The position numbers and the translations under genes were made by a program. The notes under the pieces were generated by a model. The model saw only the letters and a list, made by a program, of their open reading frames with translations, did no database searches and was not told where the DNA came from. From an uncultured Clostridia bacterium (GTDB lineage Bacteria > Bacillota > Clostridia > Oscillospirales > CAG-272), in contig CANRKP010000002.1 in assembly GCA_947631245.1 (NCBI GenBank), positions 1-64,000 on the forward strand: a stretch of DNA of 64,000 bases. The letters run 5' to 3'. Below are positions 1-7,872 of the stretch, piece after piece. The stretch's first letter is position 1. The number at the start of each line of letters is the position of its first letter.

Positions 1-1
1 A

Positions 2-73
2 GGCGCCATAGCCAAGCGGTAAGGCAGAGGTCTGCAAAACCTTCATTCCCCGGTCCGATTCCGGGTGGCGCCT
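2..73 (+). tRNA. tRNA-Cys (anticodon GCA)
   Basis: Full cloverleaf drawn by hand: acceptor ggcgcca/tggcgcc, D-arm gcc-aagcggtaa-ggc, anticodon stem gaggt/acctt with loop ctGCAaa, T-arm cccgg-tccgatt-ccggg, discriminator U; CCA not encoded. Confidence 0.85.
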
Positions 74-80
74 TTAATAC

Positions 81-107
81 AAAACCCCTGCGTCAGCAGG
101 GGTTTTG
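81..107 (+). terminator. Rho-independent terminator after tRNA-Cys
   Basis: aaaa-cccctgc-gtcag-caggggtttt: GC stem followed by T-run. Confidence 0.7.
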
Positions 108-124
108 TATTAAACTCGTAGAGC

Positions 125-385
125 GGAAGCGGACGGTCAGCGTCAGAGCCGCAAGGCGAGGACCTGACTTTACGATAGGCATTGCGAAGCAATTGCCGTC
201 CGGGTGGCGCCTTCATGAACCCGTAGGGCGGAATCGGACGGTCAGCGTCTGAACGAAGTGAAGACCTGACTTTACGATCTCCGGGTGGCGCCTTTGGGCG
301 GAAGCGGACGGTCAGCGTCTGAGCGAAGCGAGGTAAAGGTTTGCCTACGGCAAACCTGACTTTACGATCCTCCGGGTGGCGCCTC
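125..385 (+). repeat. Three tandem ~85-bp repeat units, each ending in a copy of the tRNA-Cys 3' end (tccgggtggcgcct)
   Basis: Units at ~125-220, ~221-295 and ~296-385 share gcggaagcggacggtcagcgtc[a/t]ga...gacctgactttacgat...tccgggtggcgcct. Each has a variable internal hairpin (e.g. ggcaattgc-gaa-gcaattgcc; ggtttgcc-tacg-gcaaacc). Confidence 0.75.
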
Positions 386-462
386 CGTCCTTCACATTCG
401 CATCATTCCACCGAAAAAGCGCGCTCCGCTTCATGCGTGAGCGCGCTTCTTTGTTCTGTCTC

Positions 463-1581
463 TTATTTTTCCTCATCCCCGCCTGCCTTGATGAGGCTCG
501 TGAGCCGCGAAAGGATGTCCCCGCTGCCGGAGAGCGTGAGGCTCCCGACGTTCTCGCAGATGCGCTCGATAAACTCAAGCTCCTTTAAGCGATAGAGCGT
601 CTTGTTCTCTTCCATGAGCTTCGCGGTGTTGAGGAGCGACCTTGTCGATGCGACCTCCTCGCGGCGGGTGATGACGTTTGCCTGCGCCTTTTTCTCGGCG
701 ACGAGGACGGTGTTCATTATATCGCGCACCTCTCCGGGGAGGATAATGTCCTTGATGTCGGCGTCCGTCACCTCGACGCAGAACTCGCGTCCCTTGACTC
801 TCACCCTGTCGAGAACGCGGGACGAGAGCGCGTCCTTGTCCGTTATGATATCGTCAAGGCGCGACTTCCCTATGTATTCGCGGAGCGCGAGCTGCGCCGC
901 CGTGTAGAGCTGAGAGGTGAAATCGTCCACATCCGTCATTATTCCGACGCAGTCGGTGACGCGGTAGCTGCACACGAGATTGACGCGCACGGACACCTTG
1001 TCCTGCGTCATTATCTCCTGCCCCGTCACGTCGAGCCTGCAAAGGCGCATGTCAACTATGTCATAGTCGACGCTCACGACCGAGTTCCAGAAGTAGTATG
1101 TCCCGGGGTCGAGCACGCGGTCGAGCTTTTTATTGAAGTAGAGGCGGGCGCGCTCGTATTCCGCGACCTCGACCTTGACGAAGAACGCGTGCGAGATATA
1201 GCCGGACTCAAAGACATAGCGCGGTATTTCGTCGGAGACGTCGGGCAACGTCATGTCCGCCGTCACAAACTCGTGTTTGTGAACGTCGGAGAAAAATGCG
1301 TGCTTGCCGTGCGTGATCGCGCCGACGCAGACGCCGTCGCGGTAGTGGATGGCGATGCTCCCGTCGGGGACGTCGACATATGTGACGGAGGCAGAGACGC
1401 CCTCGTCCGCAAGCAGCGTTTCGAGGCGGCAGCGCTTCGATGCAAGCTCGCCGTCGGCGGGGATTATCTCTATCTGCCTGCCGCCCGCAGTCATGTACCT
1501 TCCCGCGCCGAGCAGCGCCGTGAACCTGCCCTTCTTAAAAAGGAGCCCCTTCTCGTTTTCGTTGACCGTTACGAATTTCAT
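463..1581 (-). CDS. SPFH/band-7 (slipin/stomatin-like) domain protein with ~150-aa N-terminal extension
   Basis: Stomatin-like core motifs QEIMTQDKVSVRVNLVCSYRVTD ... NTVLVAEKKAQANVITRREE in the translation; RBS aggaag before ATG. Confidence 0.7.
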   Translation of the reverse strand: MKFVTVNENEKGLLFKKGRFTALLGAGRYMTAGGRQIEIIPADGELASKRCRLETLLADEGVSASVTYVDVPDGSIAIHYRDGVCVGAITHGKHAFFSDVHKHEFVTADMTLPDVSDEIPRYVFESGYISHAFFVKVEVAEYERARLYFNKKLDRVLDPGTYYFWNSVVSVDYDIVDMRLCRLDVTGQEIMTQDKVSVRVNLVCSYRVTDCVGIMTDVDDFTSQLYTAAQLALREYIGKSRLDDIITDKDALSSRVLDRVRVKGREFCVEVTDADIKDIILPGEVRDIMNTVLVAEKKAQANVITRREEVASTRSLLNTAKLMEENKTLYRLKELEFIERICENVGSLTLSGSGDILSRLTSLIKAGGDEEK

Positions 1582-2114
1582 GATATTTTCTTCCTTTCAA
1601 ATAATTTCGTGTTGTGTAAGCGCCCGCGCTTTGCGTGACCGGCGGACGGGGGCTTGAGCGGAGGCGTCGCGCGGCGGGAAGAAACACTTCCGGCACGCGT
1701 CCCGCGCCCCGCGGTATCCGTCCCCGTTCAGGGCCGGTCACGCACCGCGCAAGCCACTTTGGACTTACGCGGAGGGCGCTTGCCGCGTGTTGAGAGCGTG
1801 TCTGCAGCACGCGGCGGGTTTTGATTTTTCACTACCAAATCCACTTGGCGTTCTCTCGAACGGCAGGATTCGAACCTGCGTACGCACATGGGGAGTTGAA
1901 CCCCGGGCCTGTGCGGCCTTGCCTGACGCAAAGCATCGGAGCGCGGCGGAACACACAACGGATACGCCCCGCAAAGCGGACGCCAAAAAAGAGGGCATCC
2001 GCCCGCAAAAGACTACGCTCTCGGCGTCCATGTGTGCCGCGGTGAAGGAAAACACCGTCTCTTTTGCCTTGCAGGTACATTTTACCGCACGGCAGCGTCA
2101 CAATCACGGAAAAA

Positions 2115-2146
2115 AAGCTGCGAACTCTTCCGAGCTCGCAGCTTTT
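2115..2146. terminator. Bidirectional hairpin terminator (A-run/hairpin/T-run)
   Basis: aaaaaa-agctgcga...tcgcagct-ttttt immediately downstream of the WYL gene stop. Confidence 0.65.
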
Positions 2147-2149
2147 TAT

Positions 2150-3070
2150 TCATAGCAGATTCTTTTGCCTTATGAGCCGCTCCCTTATTAGGGAAACGAA
2201 GCTCTCGGGCTCCGTCACTTTTATAAACGGACCGAACGAGAGCACGCGGATCAGAAGCTCCGTCTCGTCCCTCTTGTCGTAGACGAGGCGCAGGCGGTAC
2301 CTGCCCCCGTCGAGCCTCTCCGCCTCCTTCTCAAAATGTGCGAAGTGCAGAAGCGCGCGGTCGAGCGCGCGTCTGCCGTCCGTTATCTCAAGGGTGAGCG
2401 TCTCGGTCAGGTCCCTTGACGGCGGCGGCTCGATGTTCCGGCTCTTTGCGTCTATTATGTCGACAGAGCTGATGCGGCCGAGATTTGCGTATCCGTATCG
2501 GCCGGAAGCGCCGCGGGTGCGGAGCGTTTGTAGGCGGAACTTGTCGTCCTTTTCGGAATACTCTATCCCCACTGGGAACGCTGTGTAGCTGACGCGGCGT
2601 CCCTCCCTGCTGCAAAGCGCAAGGCGCAGCATTTTCTTCTCTCCTATCGCCTTTCTTATCGTCCGGAAGCGCTCTATGTACCCCTCGTCCGTGTACGGGT
2701 CGCCGTCTGCATATTTGTCAAAGACGTATATGTCCTCGGGCGTGAAAAGCGGCTTTACTTCCTCAAGCCCCGGGCAGTCAAAATCAAAGAGCCTTATGCG
2801 AGGGTCAAGGGAGATCGCCTTCAGCCAGCGCTTTTCAAGCGTCGTGTACGGCAGCGTCGGCTCGTGCCTTATCGGCGTCGTCCCGTCGCCGCGCAACAGC
2901 TGCCAGCGGTGGGAAAGGAGCGCCGCCTCTATCGTCTGCGCGCTTTCGGAAAACGCCGTCTCCCTCGCGATGCGCCTGATGTCCCGCGGCGTCACGGGAG
3001 CTTTTACGGCGGCGCGCAGTATCTCGGCAACGGCGCGGTAATACGCGCCGTGTATCTCTGAAAATATCAT
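2150..3070 (-). CDS. WYL-domain transcriptional regulator (HTH-WYL-WCX architecture), downstream partner of a pair
   Basis: WYL-like core SYTAFPVGIEYSEKDDKFRLQTL and C-terminal WCX-like segment. Likely true start at Met-12 (MIFSE...) giving an ATGA overlap with the upstream gene and a strong RBS ggagga. Confidence 0.6.
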   Translation of the reverse strand: MIFSEIHGAYYRAVAEILRAAVKAPVTPRDIRRIARETAFSESAQTIEAALLSHRWQLLRGDGTTPIRHEPTLPYTTLEKRWLKAISLDPRIRLFDFDCPGLEEVKPLFTPEDIYVFDKYADGDPYTDEGYIERFRTIRKAIGEKKMLRLALCSREGRRVSYTAFPVGIEYSEKDDKFRLQTLRTRGASGRYGYANLGRISSVDIIDAKSRNIEPPPSRDLTETLTLEITDGRRALDRALLHFAHFEKEAERLDGGRYRLRLVYDKRDETELLIRVLSFGPFIKVTEPESFVSLIRERLIRQKNLL

Positions 3071-4308
3071 TCCTCCGCCTCCTCTATGCCGTAGATGCGG
3101 CACATCTCACCGATATCGCGCAGAAACTGCGTTTCCTTGCTCTTGTCCGATATCGAAAGCTCCGTTATCCGGCAGATGAACGTGCGAATGAAGGGGAACA
3201 TCTCGCGCGCGTCGTAGACCTCCGCCTCGAATTTGGCGTGACTTTCGTCGACGCGGGTGACTGTCCCGCACCGCCTCTCACGCAAGAGACGGCGGAATAT
3301 ATATTCTTCGTCCGGTCCGAAGCGTACCGTAAACGACACTTTGTCGGAGCCGCCCGCCGTGCTGACGCCCCATATATGGCACATCATTCTTCGCAGGATC
3401 TCTCTCCGCTCGTCAAAGCGTTCGTCGACCTCGCATTTTGCGACCGAGATAATATTGTCGAGCCGATACGGAAAAACGCGCCTTTTCGTGTGCTCATACG
3501 CCATCAGGTACTGCCTGCCGTTGGACACGCTTATGAAGATGCAAAGAGGCGTCACCGTGTCGACGTATTTTTTTCCCGAGCGCGGCGGGCGCGACGTTAT
3601 CTTCACATACCTCCGCTCTCCCATCGCGTCAAAAATCGAGCAAAGTATTTCGCTGTCGAGCGCGGAGGTGTAATAGTGGTGCTTGAACGTGAATATGTTC
3701 TCGTGCTCCCCGCCGTTTTTCTCCAAAAACGAGCCTATGACGCCGCAGGGCGCGACCTCGGAAAAGAAATCCGCCGCGTCAGAAATACCGTCGCCGCCGG
3801 CGCGGCACGACGGCGCCCGCCTGTAAAACACCTCCCGCCCGCGCCGTTCCGTCAGAAGCAGACCGTCGCGCACATATTCCGCGAGCTTCTTCCGCACGGT
3901 CGAGGCATCCCATGTCATCGGCTCGGGAAATTCGGCGAGATATTCGTCTATCCTCGCCGTTATCTCCGAAAACGACAGCGTCGTATCCTCATCCCAAAGA
4001 ATATCGAAAATAATGAAATGGAGCGTTATGTCCCCGTCCGTGAAGCTGCGGGCTCCCCACGCGCGGAAGAGGGGATTGTGTCCGCCGGCGCGGCTGTCTA
4101 TCGAGAGAAAGACGTTTTTCCCCTCCGGCGTCTGCCGCGAGCCGATATGCTCGCCGAGCCAGCTTTCTATGCGCCGCCTCTCGTCGTCGTATGAGCGGGC
4201 GCTGCCTCTGCCGCCGAAGTCGCCGCGGCTCTTGAACCCGTAGACGTAAAAATCGCGCACATAGCCCCGTATCGTCTCAAAATTTTTTATAAGCTCGCCC
4301 CACGCCAT
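3067..4308 (-). CDS. WYL-domain transcriptional regulator (wHTH + WYL), upstream partner of a pair
   Basis: WYL signature RQYLMAYEHTKRRVFPYRLDNIISV; wHTH-like LSFSEITARIDE...LLLTERRGREVFYR. Confidence 0.6.
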   Translation of the reverse strand: MAWGELIKNFETIRGYVRDFYVYGFKSRGDFGGRGSARSYDDERRRIESWLGEHIGSRQTPEGKNVFLSIDSRAGGHNPLFRAWGARSFTDGDITLHFIIFDILWDEDTTLSFSEITARIDEYLAEFPEPMTWDASTVRKKLAEYVRDGLLLTERRGREVFYRRAPSCRAGGDGISDAADFFSEVAPCGVIGSFLEKNGGEHENIFTFKHHYYTSALDSEILCSIFDAMGERRYVKITSRPPRSGKKYVDTVTPLCIFISVSNGRQYLMAYEHTKRRVFPYRLDNIISVAKCEVDERFDERREILRRMMCHIWGVSTAGGSDKVSFTVRFGPDEEYIFRRLLRERRCGTVTRVDESHAKFEAEVYDAREMFPFIRTFICRITELSISDKSKETQFLRDIGEMCRIYGIEEAEE

Positions 4309-4388
4309 AACGCACCCGCTCTCCTTTCTTCCGCATTAAAAATTCGGTGGAGAGAACGCTCTCTCCACCTGTTTTGGTCTTTTCCCTG

Positions 4389-5840
4389 TTACCGGAGCGA
4401 ATTCACGACCGCTTTATAATAGGAGCCGCGCTCCTCAAAATTCGCAAACGCGTCGAAGCTCGCGCACGCCGGCGACAGAAGCACAGTATCGGCGCATGTC
4501 CTCTCGGCCTCCTTCGCCGCCTCGAGCACCGCGAGCCCGAAGTCGGGAACGACCTTGTATATCCCTTCCGGCACGCCGACGCTCAAAAATGCGTCGGAGA
4601 TGAGCTTCGAGGTCGCGCCCGTCACGATGACGGAGGCGACGCCGTTTTCAAGCACTGCTTTCCCGAGCGGCTCCATCGGGATATGCTTGTCGTATCCGCC
4701 GCAAATGAGCACTATGCGCCTGCCGGGGAGCGCCGAGAGCGCCGCCGCCGTGCGCGTCGGCGTTGAGTCTATGCTGCTGTTGTAATAAGACACCCCGTCG
4801 AGCTCGCGGACAAATTCGAGCCTGTGCTCGACGCCGCCGAACGTTCTCGCAAGCTCGCAGGCGCACGAAATGAGCTTTTCATCGGGCAAAACGCCGTAAA
4901 GCGCGCCGAGCGCCGCCATATAATTTTCCGCGTTGTGTAGCCCCGGCAGCTTTATGTCGGATACGGCGAGAAGAGGCGTATTTTCCCCGCCGCGGCGGAA
5001 AACTATTGTGTCGCCCGATATATGAATTACGTTGTCAAGATCGTCAGGTACCGGACCCGCCGTGAACCACACGACCTCAGCCTCAGTCTTTGACGCGGCG
5101 TCTCTCAGCGCCTCGCAGCCGTAGTTCAAAACCGCCTTTTTGCAGCCGCAGCCGAGAATGCGGAGCTTCGCTGCCGTGTATTCCTCCATGTCGCGGTGCC
5201 AGTTCAAATGGTTCGGGGTGACGTTCGTTATGACCGCGATCTCGGGCGCCCGCGGCATCGTCATGAGCTGAAAGCTCGACAGCTCGGCGACCGCGTAATC
5301 GCGCTCCCCGAGCTCCGACACGCGCGGAAGGAGCGGCGCGCCGATGTTGCCGCCGAGCGCCGTTTTGACGCCGCAGTCCGCCGTCGCCGCCGTCAAAAGC
5401 TTATGTATGAGAGTTGTCGTCGTCGTTTTTCCGTCGCTGCCCGTGACCGCAATCTTGTGCGCGGGCGACAGCGCGTAAAAGAGCTCCATCTCGCTCGTCA
5501 AAATGCCGCCGCGAAAGACGGCGTCCGGTATTCCTCCGGCGTCGGGGCGGATGCCGGGCGTTCTGAAAATGACGGACGCGGGGATATCGTCAAGATACCC
5601 CTCTCCGAGGCGGAAGCTGACGCCACACCGCTCGTATGCGCCGACGTCGACGCGGGCAGACAGCGCCTCGCGCGTTTTGCCGTCCCTCACCTCGACCGTT
5701 ACCCCGTGCGAGAGAAGAAAATCGACGAGCGGCACGTTCGATATGCCGAATCCGAGCACGACGGCGCCGCATTTTTCCGCGCGGGAGAGGATACTTTCAT
5801 CACATCCGCCGCACATGATACTTACATCGTTATCGTTCAT
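4389..5840 (-). CDS. murD: UDP-N-acetylmuramoyl-L-alanine--D-glutamate ligase
   Basis: N-terminal Rossmann VVLGFGISNVPLVDFL; P-loop GSDGKTTTT; Mur ligase C-terminal NSSIDSTP motif. Confidence 0.85.
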   Translation of the reverse strand: MNDNDVSIMCGGCDESILSRAEKCGAVVLGFGISNVPLVDFLLSHGVTVEVRDGKTREALSARVDVGAYERCGVSFRLGEGYLDDIPASVIFRTPGIRPDAGGIPDAVFRGGILTSEMELFYALSPAHKIAVTGSDGKTTTTTLIHKLLTAATADCGVKTALGGNIGAPLLPRVSELGERDYAVAELSSFQLMTMPRAPEIAVITNVTPNHLNWHRDMEEYTAAKLRILGCGCKKAVLNYGCEALRDAASKTEAEVVWFTAGPVPDDLDNVIHISGDTIVFRRGGENTPLLAVSDIKLPGLHNAENYMAALGALYGVLPDEKLISCACELARTFGGVEHRLEFVRELDGVSYYNSSIDSTPTRTAAALSALPGRRIVLICGGYDKHIPMEPLGKAVLENGVASVIVTGATSKLISDAFLSVGVPEGIYKVVPDFGLAVLEAAKEAERTCADTVLLSPACASFDAFANFEERGSYYKAVVNSLR

Positions 5841-5909
5841 TTTTGCGTTACCTTACCTTGATATCGGGAAATATTTCCGGGTTTTCCGGACAAAAATATG
5901 CTTTCCCGC

Positions 5910-6128
5910 TCAGTTTTGTTTCCTGACGAACTTGTATTCGTCATAGAATTTATAGTACGGGCAGGCGGAGGTGTCCTTTGATAAAAACCTCACCGCCTCG
6001 TCCTCGTCAAGAGACATCTGGCACGAAAAGTCGTCCGTATACTCGTCATAATCATAGTATACGCAGTCCTCGCACGACACGGTGACAGCTTTTTTCTTTT
6101 TTTCTTCGCGCCCACGGCCGCTCTCCAT
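5910..6128 (-). CDS. Small conserved Cys-rich protein (CxxC...C...CP), possibly DUF6472-like
   Basis: 72 aa, CEDCVYYDYDEYTDDFSCQ...ACPYYKFYDEY. Co-oriented 70 nt upstream of murD. Family assignment is from memory only. Confidence 0.45.
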   Translation of the reverse strand: MESGRGREEKKKKAVTVSCEDCVYYDYDEYTDDFSCQMSLDEDEAVRFLSKDTSACPYYKFYDEYKFVRKQN

Positions 6129-6345
6129 AAGTGCCTCCCGATTTGTTTTCTATTTTCTTCTGCACTATTATATAACATCGCAATAAATAGGTCAAGAGGG
6201 CGGGAAAACTAAAAAAATCACGCGCGTCCGGTCCGCTTTTACGGGAAATATTAACACGGTGTAAATTTTTTTGCGCCGTTGTTGAAAAAGGCGCCGCCGT
6301 CTGTTATAATTTTTTTGAACTATAAAAGCGAGGCGCCTTACTGAT

Positions 6346-7773
6346 ATGAAAACAAAGCACGCGTTGATACTGCTGATACTTATATTTGCCGCCGTCGCCG
6401 TCCTCTGCCTTTCTTCCTGCGAGGGTGGCACATACGGTCTGCGTTTTGAGGTCTATGACGATCACGCCTCCGTCATCGAATACGTCGGCGAGTCCGCGAA
6501 CGTGACGGTCGAGGCGGAATACAAGGGAGTTCCCGTCACCGAGATCGCGGACGAGGCGTTCCTCAACGAATTCATCGAGACGATATCGCTCCCCGACACC
6601 GTGACCCGCATAGGAGAGGGCGCGTTCCGCGGCTCCGACAAGCTCGCCTCTATAGAAATGCAGCCCGGGATAACGGAAATCGGTCCCGCGGCGTTTTCGG
6701 GCTGCTCGTCGCTCACGTCCGTTACCGTGCCCGACGGCGTGACCTCCGTCGGCAGCTCCGCCTTTTTCGGCTGCACAAACCTCGCCTCAGTCTCCCTTCC
6801 CGACAGCCTGACGGAGCTCGGGATACGCGCGTTTTACAACTGCACCTCACTCGTCACGGTGTCGCTCCCCGAGGGTGTGACCGTTATCGGGGACGGCATG
6901 TTCTGGGGCTGCTCCTCACTCACGAAAGTCGAGACCGGGGCTGACGTGACGGAAATAGGCAGCACGGCATTCTGCGACTGCACCTCCCTTGCCGAATTTA
7001 CGATACCCGCATCAGTTAGAAAGATAGGCGCGTCCGCGTTTATCAACTGCTCCTCTCTCCCGTCGGCGGAAATACCCGACGGGGTGACAGCGCTCGAAGA
7101 CAAAACTTTCTACAATTGCTCCTCGATGAAATCGTGCTCGCTTCCTGAAACCGTCACCGAGATAGGCTCCGAGACGTTCGCTCGCTGCTCGTCGCTCGAC
7201 GGCGTAAAGCTGCCCGCAAAGCTCACCTCTCTCGGGTCAAGCGCGTTTTTCGACTGTTCTTCGCTTTCATCCATAAAGATACCCGAAACGCTCACAAGAC
7301 TTTCCGACTACACCTTTTCCGGCTGCAAGTCGCTCTCGTCCGTGGAGCTCCACGACGGACTGACATATCCCGGGCTCTCGACATTCTCGGGCTGCACCTC
7401 GCTTACCGAGGTCGTGATACCTAAGGGAATGACGGCGCTGACGGTCTCTATGTTCCGCAACTGCACCTCGCTCACAAAGGTCGTGCTCCATGACATGATA
7501 GACACTATCCCGAACGAGGCGTTCACCGGCTGCGGAAAAGTCAGGATGCAGGTGCTCTCCGGCTCATACGCCGAATATTGGGCGCGGGATACTAGCAAGC
7601 TCTTCGACGTCGTCGGCACGGCGGAGCACAAATATGAGCCTCCGGTAATTCCGCCTGATGAACCCGAAATTCCGGACGAAGAGGGTCCCCAAATGCCCGA
7701 GGACGGCAATGAAGGCGCAAACGGTAACGATACCGGCAGCGGCGGCAACGCCGGACGCCGCCCGAGGGGCTGA
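6346..7773 (+). CDS. BspA-type leucine-rich-repeat surface lipoprotein
   Basis: Signal peptide plus lipobox LCLSSC; about 14 tandem ~23-aa repeats (IPDGVTSIGSSAFxGCTSLTSVxLP); low-complexity acidic/Pro tail. Confidence 0.8.
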   Translation: MKTKHALILLILIFAAVAVLCLSSCEGGTYGLRFEVYDDHASVIEYVGESANVTVEAEYKGVPVTEIADEAFLNEFIETISLPDTVTRIGEGAFRGSDKLASIEMQPGITEIGPAAFSGCSSLTSVTVPDGVTSVGSSAFFGCTNLASVSLPDSLTELGIRAFYNCTSLVTVSLPEGVTVIGDGMFWGCSSLTKVETGADVTEIGSTAFCDCTSLAEFTIPASVRKIGASAFINCSSLPSAEIPDGVTALEDKTFYNCSSMKSCSLPETVTEIGSETFARCSSLDGVKLPAKLTSLGSSAFFDCSSLSSIKIPETLTRLSDYTFSGCKSLSSVELHDGLTYPGLSTFSGCTSLTEVVIPKGMTALTVSMFRNCTSLTKVVLHDMIDTIPNEAFTGCGKVRMQVLSGSYAEYWARDTSKLFDVVGTAEHKYEPPVIPPDEPEIPDEEGPQMPEDGNEGANGNDTGSGGNAGRRPRG

Positions 7774-7872
7774 GCATTCGCGGACGCATATATTAAATCC
7801 CCCGCACTCGTTCGGGCCTGATGAGCCTGATGAAACAGTAGAGTACAGAAACGAAAGGGCAATTTTCCTCTT

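Noticed and set aside
1840-1960. Possible tmRNA or tRNA gene on the minus strand (two T-arm-like hairpins)
   Set aside because: No matching acceptor stem or tmRNA 5' GGGG...UUCGAC box could be paired, and there is no room for a full tmRNA. Kept only as an unexplained structured region in the findings
3238-4194. Long antisense ORFs inside real genes (e.g. 3238..4194 +, 5196..5861 +, 15476..17038 +, 35980..37047 +, 48908..49855 -, 50098..51225 -)
   Set aside because: Arg/Ala/Pro-rich low-complexity translations typical of the opposite strand of high-GC genes; each lies fully inside a gene with clear family motifs
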